Positions 19,619 to 28,684 are shown, numbered from the stretch's first letter. The stretch: DNA of 64,000 bases from Candidatus Bathyarchaeota archaeon (GCA_963833125.1 CAWHWX010000001.1:96001-160000); one strand, 5' to 3'. Translations and numbers: made by a program. Notes: generated by a model from the letters alone, not told the origin.

Positions 19619-20554
19619 TTACTGGTATTGTTTACCCGGCCTGAGGCCGCCTGTGAATTCGATGGTTTCGAAGAGTTGGTGAACTTTCTCAGGCACACCC
19701 TCTACAACATTCAACCCGATAGCGCGTGCCACATCCAACGTGATCGGTGTACTACTCGACATAAACCCGCCAACCAGGAAGTTGGCTACCTGTGTCGCTT
19801 GTTCTTCGTTCATATGATCGATCAAGAGCCATTTCACAAACTCTTTTGCATTTTCTTCCTCCATGCGTGCAGATTCGGCGAGGAGGATGGTGCGGTCGGA
19901 GATGGTTTCGATTGGTTTACGCTTCAGGATACCCATTACCAGGGTCGCTGGCATATCATCAATGAGCGGCTCTAGGGGGGCTAGGATGCTGCATTTCTCC
20001 ATCATGATCTCGTCCGCGGCCAGGACGACGTATGTGCCGTCGGACATGGCGTAGAACGGAACCATAACCGTCACCTTCGCCTGATGATACCTCAACGCCA
20101 TCGAGATCAGGTCAGCAGCAAAAGTCAGCCCGCCTTCTGTGTGTACGATGAAGTCTATCGGCTTATCCGGCGGAGTCTCTCGCACTTGTTGGAGGATTAA
20201 TTCAGAATCCTCAAACCCGATCTCGGGCTCATCATCACTCGCACTCCAAGGCTCCTTCCGGTGAATAAGGGTTAGAACCCTCGACCCACGCTCCTCCTCC
20301 AACTCATGAACCAACTGAGCCCTCCGAGAGAGTATCTCTTCTTTCGAGGGGGTCCTCTCGGTTTCACCTTCAGCCTCATCCTCGTCCTCGTCTTCATCGT
20401 CTTCCTCGTCCTCTTCATCACTCCCCTTCGTTATGGGGGTGGGTGTTTGGGGGATCTGCCAGAAACGGTGTATCACAAAGAGATTGGTCAATGAACTAAG
20501 AGAAGCCACTACCACGATCGCTATGGCAAGGAGTAGGTCCAACTCTTGCATCAT
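19619..20554 (-). CDS. SDH-family ClpP-like paralogue with degenerate catalytic motifs
   Basis: IVHTEGG, YAMSDGT, LAPLEPL, SSSTPIT; N-terminal TM and poly-D/E linker. Confidence 0.85.
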   Translation of the reverse strand: MMQELDLLLAIAIVVVASLSSLTNLFVIHRFWQIPQTPTPITKGSDEEDEEDDEDEDEDEAEGETERTPSKEEILSRRAQLVHELEEERGSRVLTLIHRKEPWSASDDEPEIGFEDSELILQQVRETPPDKPIDFIVHTEGGLTFAADLISMALRYHQAKVTVMVPFYAMSDGTYVVLAADEIMMEKCSILAPLEPLIDDMPATLVMGILKRKPIETISDRTILLAESARMEEENAKEFVKWLLIDHMNEEQATQVANFLVGGFMSSSTPITLDVARAIGLNVVEGVPEKVHQLFETIEFTGGLRPGKQYQ

Positions 20555-20650
20555 GCTTCACCTGTAACCACGTCACAAAATCTAGGTGAGTGTAGTAGTT
20601 GGAGTCTAAAGGTTTTCGTGTATCGAGGACTAGATACCTGCTGGAGAACC

Positions 20651-20729
20651 ACGACTATTCAGTGTGGTGCACACGCACAGAATCCGGGAGGGGTCAAATT
20701 TGAGTGCTCGCACCATCAGACCAACACAC
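20651..20729. repeat. Inverted doublet of the 28-bp repeat (half-conserved 20651-20678 +, 20702-20729 -)
   Basis: GTGTGG-TGCACACGCAC and minus-strand GTGTGTTGGTC-TGATGG-TGCGAGCACTC. Confidence 0.75.
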
Positions 20730-20789
20730 CCTGAAAAAACCGAAAACCAAAACTCCCAGTCTAATAGATGATTATTGTGTGTTCCCCTC

Positions 20790-21491
20790 GTGCCGAGGAT
20801 CCCGTTAATCGAGAACCTAACCACCGCTCCCATACCACCTGGCACGAATATTCTTGTAGAGTTTGATGCTGCTTCGCAGTGGTACAATGCGTGCGTAACA
20901 ATTCTGGCAGGCTGGGTCAAGACAGGCGGAAGCACCTCCTACCTTTTGTCTGCTAGACCTCCGGAGAGCATCCGCTCACAACTTCGCCGTTTTGGGTTAG
21001 ATCCGGGAGAACTCGAGAGTAAGGGCAGGCTTCAGATATGGGACTTTTACTCTGCCACTCTCGGCCAGAGGTCCCAAGAAAAGTACGGCTTCGATTCACT
21101 GAAAGTCGCCGACCTAAGCATAATTATCTCAAGAGGGCAAATGCATCGACAGCCCTCACCGGACCACATGTACATCACCGAAAACACTTCCGTCCTCACC
21201 AGATTCAACGACGAGAAAAGTACGGTCGAATACCTTTTGACAAGAGCGCTTCCGACAGCAACCATAACTAAATCCACTAGCGTCCGCGGCATCATCACGG
21301 GTGTTCACAGTGACTCGGTTTACAGGCAACTTGAGGCGGCCGCGGACGGTGTTGTTGATCTTAAAGTCGAAGAGGTGGAAGGCGAGGTAAAGAATCTCAT
21401 TCGCATCCGAAAAATGCTTAACGCCACGTTTGACGCGCGCTGGCATCCGCTAAAGGTCGACCAAAACTTCGAAGTCACGTTAGATACGTAG
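20790..21491 (+). CDS. KaiC/RAD55-like single-domain protein, Walker A degenerate (paralogue 4)
   Basis: IPPGTNILVEFDAASQW...ADGVVDLK...IRIRKML. Confidence 0.85.
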   Translation: MPRIPLIENLTTAPIPPGTNILVEFDAASQWYNACVTILAGWVKTGGSTSYLLSARPPESIRSQLRRFGLDPGELESKGRLQIWDFYSATLGQRSQEKYGFDSLKVADLSIIISRGQMHRQPSPDHMYITENTSVLTRFNDEKSTVEYLLTRALPTATITKSTSVRGIITGVHSDSVYRQLEAAADGVVDLKVEEVEGEVKNLIRIRKMLNATFDARWHPLKVDQNFEVTLDT

Positions 21492-21508
21492 ACGCTAACT
21501 CGTTTTTG

Positions 21509-21536
21509 GTGTGTGCCCAACATTGATCCCACACAC
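21509..21536 (-). repeat. 28-bp dispersed repeat copy
   Basis: Minus strand GTGTGTGGGAT-CAATGT-TGGGCACACAC. Confidence 0.75.
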
Positions 21537-21628
21537 AAAAAAATTGGGCTTCTACTCAAGGTTAACCTAGCAGTTAATTCCCGAGTAATCGGATGCGCGG
21601 CATCTCAACCCAAGTCTTTTATGCATAG

Positions 21629-23401
21629 TTGATCCTTTCAATTGGGAGCGTATCTTTTTCGTTGAGAACGATCCGCGTTATATTTTTCATAGCTCTCGCA
21701 CTCTTACTCTTAGTTCCCTCCCACCTGTCAAGTACACCGGTTTGGGCCTGTGATCCAAATGATCCTTCCACATGGCCTGACCTAGTGACCAGCTTCGTTT
21801 CTGCGAACAACGTAGTCAAAATCACTTCCGCCCAAACCGATCAGCTAAGTTACATGGTAGGTGGCAAGGTGATAGTAAGCGGAACGGTCACGTTAACATA
21901 TGAAGAGACTGACCTAGTAAGCAGCGTGACATGCGGTTTCTCTGAATCCGTTCAAAACTCTAGCCCAGCCGACCCTTCCGGCGTTACCATAACAATCGGC
22001 GGAAATCAATTTGCTGTAAGCTCCTCCGGCTCCTTCTCAGCCACCCTCACACTCCCGGAATCGGTGAAGACTGGCACCTACAATTTTCCAGTGACCGCGA
22101 CCATGCCGACAAGTACCGTCGAAACGAATTTCGGAGCCGAATCCGTTGACGGATCCACGGTCACAGTCAACACGAATAACTTCGATGTTACTCAATATAT
22201 GCCAACCTTAACGGTCAACCCTACATCCGCCTATCCAGGCGACACGGTTCAGATATCAGGGGACGAGTGGATGCCGAACCAACCTGTATCAATAGTATTC
22301 CCAGGCATAGGCCAAGCACAAGCTTCCTCAGATGGGTCGGGACACTTCAATCCAGTAAGCCTACAACTTGCGCTAGATTACAGTCTTTACACGAATGCCG
22401 GCCTTTTCAAAGGCCCTGCCACGATAACAGGAACTCAAGGGAACCTCAAGGCTACGGTAGACATAACAATCAAAGAACACACCTTGGACATAACTCAAGT
22501 CTCGGTGATGCCAAGCGAAGTTTGGCCAGGAACCGAGATAACAATCACTGGCAAGGTTACAGACCACCAAGAGCCCAACAGATCTGTATCGGGCGTAACC
22601 GTGGAGGCGGGCTGCTCTTTCCTCGTCCCCTCCGTACCTGAGAGTACGACGACCCTCCCTGACGGATCATTCAGCCTAAATTGCCAGGAGGAGTGGACAC
22701 CTGTCGAGGACAAGGTAAATCTGTATGTGATTAACGCGAATTTGCGAGGATACGGGACAGGTAGCGAACCATCGGCCACGTTCGCCGTCAACAAAAGAGG
22801 AACCATCTGCGGCTTAGTGAGCTGGAACTGTGGTTGTTTGATCGCGACAGCAACGTTCGGATCCGAGCTTGCGCCGGAAGTTCAGCTGCTGCGAAACTTT
22901 CGGGATGATTCGATAATGTCGACCCACGCTGGCAGGCAATTCATGCTCCTCTTCAACGCGTGGTATTACTCCTTCAGCCCATACGTGGCCTTCCAAATCT
23001 CAACGCATCCTGCTGGGAGAGAGTTGATGAAGGGCGTGTTATATCCTCTAATCGGAATAATGGCGTTAACATCAGCAACCTACTCTTTGCTTCAGGCTCA
23101 ACCGGAGATTGCTGTTCTAGTCTCCGGTCTACTCGCAAGCTCCCTCATAGGCGCATTCTACATAGGCATACCAGTGGGGTTGCTAAGGGCAAGAATTTCA
23201 CGACAGCGATGGAAAAGCCGGGCCTTGTTGGAGAAGGCGCTGACCTTGATGATAGGTGGGGGGATTCTACTCTTAATCGTCGGCGAGTACTTCTCCACGC
23301 TCCTACTTATGATCTCGACAGCAATGATCGTGCTCTCAACCGTAAGCCTAACCGCAACCATAACCTCATCAAGGATAGCAGCTAAGCTGAAAAGACTCTG
23401 A
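21629..23401 (+). CDS. Surface protein with Ig-like domains and CFI-box-CTERM domain plus C-terminal TMs
   Basis: Signal peptide, Thr/Ser/Val-rich beta domains, GCLIATATFGSELAPEVQLLRNFRD...YYSFSP. Confidence 0.85.
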   Translation: MILSIGSVSFSLRTIRVIFFIALALLLLVPSHLSSTPVWACDPNDPSTWPDLVTSFVSANNVVKITSAQTDQLSYMVGGKVIVSGTVTLTYEETDLVSSVTCGFSESVQNSSPADPSGVTITIGGNQFAVSSSGSFSATLTLPESVKTGTYNFPVTATMPTSTVETNFGAESVDGSTVTVNTNNFDVTQYMPTLTVNPTSAYPGDTVQISGDEWMPNQPVSIVFPGIGQAQASSDGSGHFNPVSLQLALDYSLYTNAGLFKGPATITGTQGNLKATVDITIKEHTLDITQVSVMPSEVWPGTEITITGKVTDHQEPNRSVSGVTVEAGCSFLVPSVPESTTTLPDGSFSLNCQEEWTPVEDKVNLYVINANLRGYGTGSEPSATFAVNKRGTICGLVSWNCGCLIATATFGSELAPEVQLLRNFRDDSIMSTHAGRQFMLLFNAWYYSFSPYVAFQISTHPAGRELMKGVLYPLIGIMALTSATYSLLQAQPEIAVLVSGLLASSLIGAFYIGIPVGLLRARISRQRWKSRALLEKALTLMIGGGILLLIVGEYFSTLLLMISTAMIVLSTVSLTATITSSRIAAKLKRL

Positions 23402-23470
23402 GATCGATCGAACCATAAGCCTGTACGTGCAGGTTGGGCAACGTAATTTGAACCATCGTCGTCCGTAAAA

Positions 23471-23498
23471 GTGTGCGCGCACCATTAGACCCACACAT
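23471..23498 (-). repeat. 28-bp dispersed repeat copy with full outer arm
   Basis: Minus strand ATGTGTGGGTC-TAATGG-TGCGCGCACAC; preceded on + by AATTTGAACCATCGTCGTCCGTAAAA. Confidence 0.9.
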
Positions 23499-23673
23499 GC
23501 GCCGTTACGTCATTTGCTGCTCTCGAAGGCAAGGATAACCCTTCTCACTTGCCTGCCCGAAGCTCTAGGCTAAGGTTCGAGATCAGAACCCTTCGCCGGG
23601 TACACTTCCTACCAAACCATCTGGAACTCTTCCTGAGAGCTAATGTGAATGTAGTACCCTAGTACATTCGAGT

Positions 23674-24180
23674 CTATGGTGCCTGCTGGCTTTCAGGTTG
23701 CCTACGCACTCGCTGAATGGCTTGGAGCAGGGCGTTCTCTGCCGTCAAATACGAGATCAGACCTGTGGTCAGCAGTGTTTCGCAGGCGTCACTCTTCGAC
23801 GTCCGTTTTGTCGCCGCATAGGCTTCAATCAACCTAGCGTAGCCTGCGGGAAGGATCAACGTGAACACATCAGTCTCTCGACCCACATCATCCCTCACGA
23901 TAGGGTAAATTCTCGTTCGGGGCTTATGTGAAGCAGCCTGCTCTAACATGTCAGCCATGCGGCCCAGATGAACCATTGTCTCTAGCCTGTCCCGATTCTC
24001 TTGCTTCCGTAACCCCAGCCACTTCAGAGTTGCTCCGAGAACTATCAGCATCCTCACAAGATCACTCAACGCCCATTTTTCTTTCTGAGCCACACCCCTC
24101 ACCTGGAAGAGAAGCATTCTTGGAACTCGAATCGACCAACGCCTATATCGCGTGGCCACCGTCCCTGTAGCCTCGGCCAC
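23674..24180 (-). CDS. Putative tandem ribbon-helix-helix DNA-binding protein
   Basis: WSIRVPRMLL...ALSDLVRMLI and FTLILPAGY...SKSDACETLL resemble two RHH units. Confidence 0.5.
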   Translation of the reverse strand: MAEATGTVATRYRRWSIRVPRMLLFQVRGVAQKEKWALSDLVRMLIVLGATLKWLGLRKQENRDRLETMVHLGRMADMLEQAASHKPRTRIYPIVRDDVGRETDVFTLILPAGYARLIEAYAATKRTSKSDACETLLTTGLISYLTAENALLQAIQRVRRQPESQQAP

Positions 24181-24186
24181 GTTCGA

Positions 24187-24414
24187 TCATCGGCCTTGCT
24201 TCTCAGGATCCGCCATGAGATTCTTGAGGATCTCATTCATCCTCTGCGCCTCCTGCATTGCTATAATGGTCTTCGTGATTTGTTCGTCAATCGCTTGTCT
24301 TTTCTTGAGCAAGCATTGGTATTTCTGTTCGAGGGCCCTGTCTTCTTCTTTGATTAGAGCGTCAAGGTCCTCAGATGTGGGTACGCGAGCCTTCTCACGC
24401 AAACTCTGCTTCAC
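24187..24414 (-). CDS. Small coiled-coil hypothetical protein
   Basis: 75 aa, charged helical pattern, directly upstream of the RHH-like gene. Confidence 0.5.
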   Translation of the reverse strand: MKQSLREKARVPTSEDLDALIKEEDRALEQKYQCLLKKRQAIDEQITKTIIAMQEAQRMNEILKNLMADPEKQGR

Positions 24415-24450
24415 TTTCCAACCGTCTCAGAATAGCAAGTACGTGGCAAA

Positions 24451-24496
24451 GTTATAACTGTCTATGTTATAGACATATATCATGGTTAGACATATA
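24451..24496. promoter_or_regulatory. Divergent promoter/operator
   Basis: Palindromic GTTATAAC (24451-24458), inverted repeat TGTCTAT-GTT-ATAGACA (24459-24475), TAGACATATA repeated at 24470 and 24487. Confidence 0.5.
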
Positions 24497-24991
24497 CAGC
24501 CCGACCAGAGGCCTGTACCACGCATTTTGGAAGCTCTGGCCACCTCTTCGCTACCTCTCAATAAGTACCAGATTCAGAAATCGTGCAAGGTCGGAAGACA
24601 GACGCTCTACAACGAGATATCACGGTTCAAGCGACTTGGTTGGATTACGATCACAGCCACCGCGAAGTCGCGAGTGGGCCTTCCAGTCGAGTTCTACACG
24701 CTCACGGACTTGGGGCTCTACAGAGCTGGCGACCTAAACCCCCATTTGCATGATGAGGTAAGGACGAGGCTTGGAGGCAAGTTCGAACAATTTGAAACTA
24801 CGGTTCATAGAAACCGGCTGATGCACCTACAAGAGCACTTCAGGCTCTTTCAGAACGCTATTGAGAGAGAAAAAGCTCCGCCCAATTGGTATATGAGACT
24901 TCAAATCAACGCCGACGCGGCGGGACGCGTTCGAGGTTACGCTGTAAGTTACGGTGACTCAACTGTCGCGAAACTCCGCAGAAGTAAATAA
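24482..24991 (+). CDS. Winged-helix (PadR/ArsR-like) transcription regulator
   Basis: RILEALA...LNKYQIQK...RQTLYNEISRFKRLGWI...FYTLTDLG. Confidence 0.7.
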   Translation: MVRHIQPDQRPVPRILEALATSSLPLNKYQIQKSCKVGRQTLYNEISRFKRLGWITITATAKSRVGLPVEFYTLTDLGLYRAGDLNPHLHDEVRTRLGGKFEQFETTVHRNRLMHLQEHFRLFQNAIEREKAPPNWYMRLQINADAAGRVRGYAVSYGDSTVAKLRRSK

Positions 24992-25108
24992 CGGCAGACC
25001 ATGAACCCTGGAGTTTTACGCAATCCACGAACTGGATAGTTCTCGGGCCCATATTCAAACTTGCAAAGCCACCCGAACCGATAGGCGAATGAGCTCCAAC
25101 GGACTTTA

Positions 25109-25136
25109 TTGTGCAGTATTGCTTGTGCGCACAAGA
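25109..25136 (+). repeat. 28-bp dispersed repeat copy (degenerate)
   Basis: TTGTGCAGTAT-TGCTTG-TGCGCACAAGA. Confidence 0.5.
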
Positions 25137-25203
25137 CTGAAACGGACTATCGTTAGGCTAATGATAGAGGAACGATTATGAGCGACTCGCTTGGAGACCG
25201 CTA

Positions 25204-25803
25204 TTGTCTCACACCAAACACAAAGGACAACCCATAACGCGGTTTCGAATCAGGGAACTCGGAAAGCGCACATGGCCCGATTTCGTGCGAATTATGGAGA
25301 AGCACAATGGTGTGTGGGGTGGCTGCTGGTGCGTCACATTCCACCTCAACCGCAACGAGGAAAAAAAGTGGACTGGGCAGCACAGGAAGTTGAAGGAGAA
25401 ACTTGTTCAAGAGAACCGGTCCCACGCCGCCCTCGTCTACGACGGGGCGAACGTCGTTGGTTGGTGTCAGTTCGGACCACCCTCCGAGCTCCCAGCCCGA
25501 ATGGGAGGATTTCTTAAATTGGGTGCGGCGCCTCCTGACTGGAGGATTACATGCTTCTTCGTCGACAGTGACCGAAGGAAGGAGGGCGTAGCAGAAGCCG
25601 CCTTGGGAGGCGCACTCGGTATGATTGCCGCCAAAGGGGGCGGGACGGTCGACGGGTATCCAATCGCCACCCGAGGGAAACCTTACTCGAGTTCATTCTT
25701 GTGGGGTGGAACTGAATCAATGTTCGCCGAGGCCGGATTCCGTCCGATCGGTCATCTCGGCATAAGCAAGCTGGTGATGCGAAAAGCGATTCGCGGTCGA
25801 TGA
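25204..25803 (+). CDS. GNAT family N-acetyltransferase
   Basis: GGCWC, VGWCQFGP, WRITCFFV...RRKEGVA, GYP. Confidence 0.88.
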   Translation: MSHTKHKGQPITRFRIRELGKRTWPDFVRIMEKHNGVWGGCWCVTFHLNRNEEKKWTGQHRKLKEKLVQENRSHAALVYDGANVVGWCQFGPPSELPARMGGFLKLGAAPPDWRITCFFVDSDRRKEGVAEAALGGALGMIAAKGGGTVDGYPIATRGKPYSSSFLWGGTESMFAEAGFRPIGHLGISKLVMRKAIRGR

Positions 25804-25887
25804 TGTCTTCCTAAGGCTTGCAGAGGAGGTGCTCATTGAACCACTGAACGGCCAGATCCGCTTGGTACTCTAATCCCTGCTTCGCTA

Positions 25888-25915
25888 TCGTGTGAGTCTA
25901 TGGGTGCGCACACAC
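25888..25915 (+). repeat. 28-bp dispersed repeat copy
   Basis: TCGTGTGAGTC-TATGGG-TGCGCACACAC followed by ACCAACCGAACGACG. Confidence 0.8.
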
Positions 25916-26164
25916 ACCAACCGAACGACGTTGGAAACGAAAGGTTGACTGATAGATTCGTTCCGCACTTCGGATTCTTCTCTTCACTAATTCGAAGGCT
26001 AGTATCATCAGAAGGACGAGTACTACTAAGCCGAGAGGATACTCAGGGATGGGTGGACTGTTCTTAGTATTAAGTACCAAACCCGCTTCAGCCCAATCCA
26101 CTACAATTCCTCCGAGCGTTGCAGAGACAGTAGTTGGCGAGGAGACGCACGAGCGGGGATTCAT
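25898..26164 (-). pseudogene. Fragment: C-terminal sorting/anchor segment of a surface protein
   Basis: PIPEYP + hydrophobic helix + KRRIR (PEF-CTERM-like) without an N-terminal body. Confidence 0.45.
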
Positions 26165-26664
26165 TTACAGGGAGATACGTTTTGGAACGTTATGGAATAG
26201 GAAAACGGGCGAGTGGGATTATAGACGGGTTGAAGTTTTCAAGGCGACGCCTTGGACGCAGCGTGAAAGACAACGCATATGGGGCTTCTTCAAAGCACAC
26301 AGACCCAAACAAAACTTAGGAATCTTCGTAATCCACGAAAACAAGCTCTACATGTATCCTGTGGAAAAGCACAGCGGTCAGAAAGGCACATGCATTGGCT
26401 GACCTTGATTAGAAATGCCGCGGAATTCAATCAATCTAAGATGAAAATGAAACGATTGCAGCAAAAGAGTTATTTTCCTAGCTCCGACTATAGAGGAAAG
26501 TGGGAAAGCTTGCCGTCTGACTTGTATATTTCACCTCATTCTGAGCAAAGGATAGACGCGTCGCTGTCAAAGGCTCTGTGTGCTCAAGCGGAACGAACAA
26601 ATCTCCATTGCGCCACTCGCCCGCACCAATTTGCGGCGACGAAATCTAAGATTGGAGATTAGTA

Positions 26665-27138
26665 TTGAGCAGCGTTTTGAATCAGGTTCACAAGTTCGAT
26701 GCGGATGCTTCTGGGTTACGTTACGGCTTGCTCGAAATAGAGCCGAAAGAAGAAATACATGTAAAGAGAAAATTTGGAATGAAATTCATTGAGCGAACAA
26801 TGACATTCGAACCATCTGCCAATTATCAAGACTTCGTAGCGTTCAACACGGCGGCAACAATCGATAACATGTCGCTTCCTAGCAACATCAAGGCTGAAGA
26901 CCTTGCCACTCGAATCTCAAACAAACGCATTGAGTTGATTGAGTCTGACGCGGAATTCAAGAAAATGCTTGAATTTGCAGACCGAATCAAGAGCACTTCA
27001 CAAGGACCGCGATATTTACCGAAGTTCATACAATTCTTCTTGGACAGACAAAGAAATGCTGTGAATAACCTCATCGAAGCGTACCGCGAGACTGCTACTA
27101 GAAGACAACAGGAACTTACCGCTGCAAATATTCACTGA
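26665..27138 (+). CDS. Hypothetical protein
   Basis: 157-aa ORF, first of three co-oriented genes in an AT-richer segment. Confidence 0.55.
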   Translation: MSSVLNQVHKFDADASGLRYGLLEIEPKEEIHVKRKFGMKFIERTMTFEPSANYQDFVAFNTAATIDNMSLPSNIKAEDLATRISNKRIELIESDAEFKKMLEFADRIKSTSQGPRYLPKFIQFFLDRQRNAVNNLIEAYRETATRRQQELTAANIH

Positions 27139-27154
27139 CCTTACTGATTTCGAA

Positions 27155-27562
27155 GTGACCTATGGTGCGACACTTGAGGTAATCCTATCATTGGTCCGAA
27201 AGTTCGCGGCACTAATGGCTACTGGAAGAGCCAAATCTAGCTCAGATATATTCAAGAGACGTTTTGATGAGATGAAATTCAAATTATCTCCGCTGATTGA
27301 AGAAGTCGAAAGTGCCCTCATACGCGCCCAAACCCTGAAGTGGTACATGATTCTGTCCGATAGTGCAGACGATGTTGAGAAATCATTACAATTCACTCTG
27401 GACAAAGATGAGTTGAATAGACTACACTGGGAATTCAAAGAGGAGGCAACGCATCTGAGAAAGACGATTATGCGTCTTGATAGTGACGCCTTCAAATCTC
27501 TCGTGCCTGACAGCGAACTCAAATCCAATTTCGACGAGATGGCGATGTCCGTAATTGGCTGA
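27155..27562 (+). CDS. Hypothetical helical protein
   Basis: 135-aa ORF ending 7 bp before the PIN-like gene. Confidence 0.55.
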   Translation: MTYGATLEVILSLVRKFAALMATGRAKSSSDIFKRRFDEMKFKLSPLIEEVESALIRAQTLKWYMILSDSADDVEKSLQFTLDKDELNRLHWEFKEEATHLRKTIMRLDSDAFKSLVPDSELKSNFDEMAMSVIG

Positions 27563-27569
27563 TTGACGT

Positions 27570-28328
27570 TTGTCTCTTCCGCCAAGGCCGATACTCTTCT
27601 TAGATTCATCAATTGTGATGTCCCATGTACTGAATCAGAATCAAACAATAATGACCAAATTCACGAAGGACATACCCAAGTATCACTTGAATTGCGCTGT
27701 GTCCAGCAGCGTGAAATCCGAGACCGTCTACAAAGTAAATCAATTGATTCAGTTTCTTGATAAGGCACTAATTGTCACGATCAAGAACACAATGGCAAAA
27801 CAACGAAAGTTGGATAAAAGGAAGGATTCTGAACCCATTGGCATACGTGATTTTCTGGCCGTGGAAGCGGCGTTCTACCATTTCTATCTTTACGGAGCTG
27901 GTATTGCAGATCTGAAAGCGATTGAGACCTTTGTCGTATGCTATCTTGAGAACAAACTCTCTTCTAATCCCCCAATTACACCTCAAACCGCTTTTATAGA
28001 AATGGTAGCATGGGTTCTCAAGAGAATTTCTGATATTCGCACTGCTCTTGACAAAGCAATCTTACTGAAACAAGAATTAGCTAAAGAGTACACGATTACG
28101 CCAAACCAAGCTGATGTAATCATGCTTGAGGGATTTGGCTTGGATAAGAGAGACGCTGAGCACATAGCTAGTGCCAAACAAGCACAACGGGGCGGAATAT
28201 GCAGCAAGGCTATTTTCGTCACGCTTGATTATACGACAATTATAACATATCAAACAAGGATTTTCAATGAGCCTCAACTAGCAATATGGTGCACAGATCC
28301 TCTCTATTGTGCATACCACACCTTCTAG
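27570..28328 (+). CDS. PIN-domain-like nuclease with large insertion
   Basis: ILFLDSSIV (N-terminal Asp), V.SE, DKRDAEHIASA, IFVTLD. Confidence 0.65.
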   Translation: MSLPPRPILFLDSSIVMSHVLNQNQTIMTKFTKDIPKYHLNCAVSSSVKSETVYKVNQLIQFLDKALIVTIKNTMAKQRKLDKRKDSEPIGIRDFLAVEAAFYHFYLYGAGIADLKAIETFVVCYLENKLSSNPPITPQTAFIEMVAWVLKRISDIRTALDKAILLKQELAKEYTITPNQADVIMLEGFGLDKRDAEHIASAKQAQRGGICSKAIFVTLDYTTIITYQTRIFNEPQLAIWCTDPLYCAYHTF

Positions 28329-28684
28329 CGTGGACCAGTTTTCTACTCGACGCTTAGCTCCTTCAACCGACTTTTTGAAGGTAAAGCTATCAATCGTCAA
28401 ATTCACGTTACCCATCGCTTGGGATTTTTCCCGCTTAGTATATCCATAGTTTCATATTCTTCAGTGCGGCGTTTTCTAAGGTTCCTCGCCGCTTCCGCGT
28501 ATACTTTCACTGTTGTGTAGCCTTCGCGTGCTTCAATTCTCATAACTTATAATCTATCGACTTGTCGTTTTCACTTCATTTCCATTCATTTTCCGTTTCA
28601 CAGAGACTTACGTTCCGTAGAGAGTGCGATTCGCCGACGTTACGCCAACATACCCTCATCGTGCACAACGTATTTACGGCGGCG

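Noticed and set aside
19440-20420. TCC/TCG/TCT-rich low-complexity tracts as DNA repeats
   Set aside because: They are explained by the poly-Asp/Glu linkers of the two SDH-family proteins.
278-21491. Circadian kaiABC clock
   Set aside because: The proteins are single-domain, lack Walker A, and there is no kaiA or kaiB.
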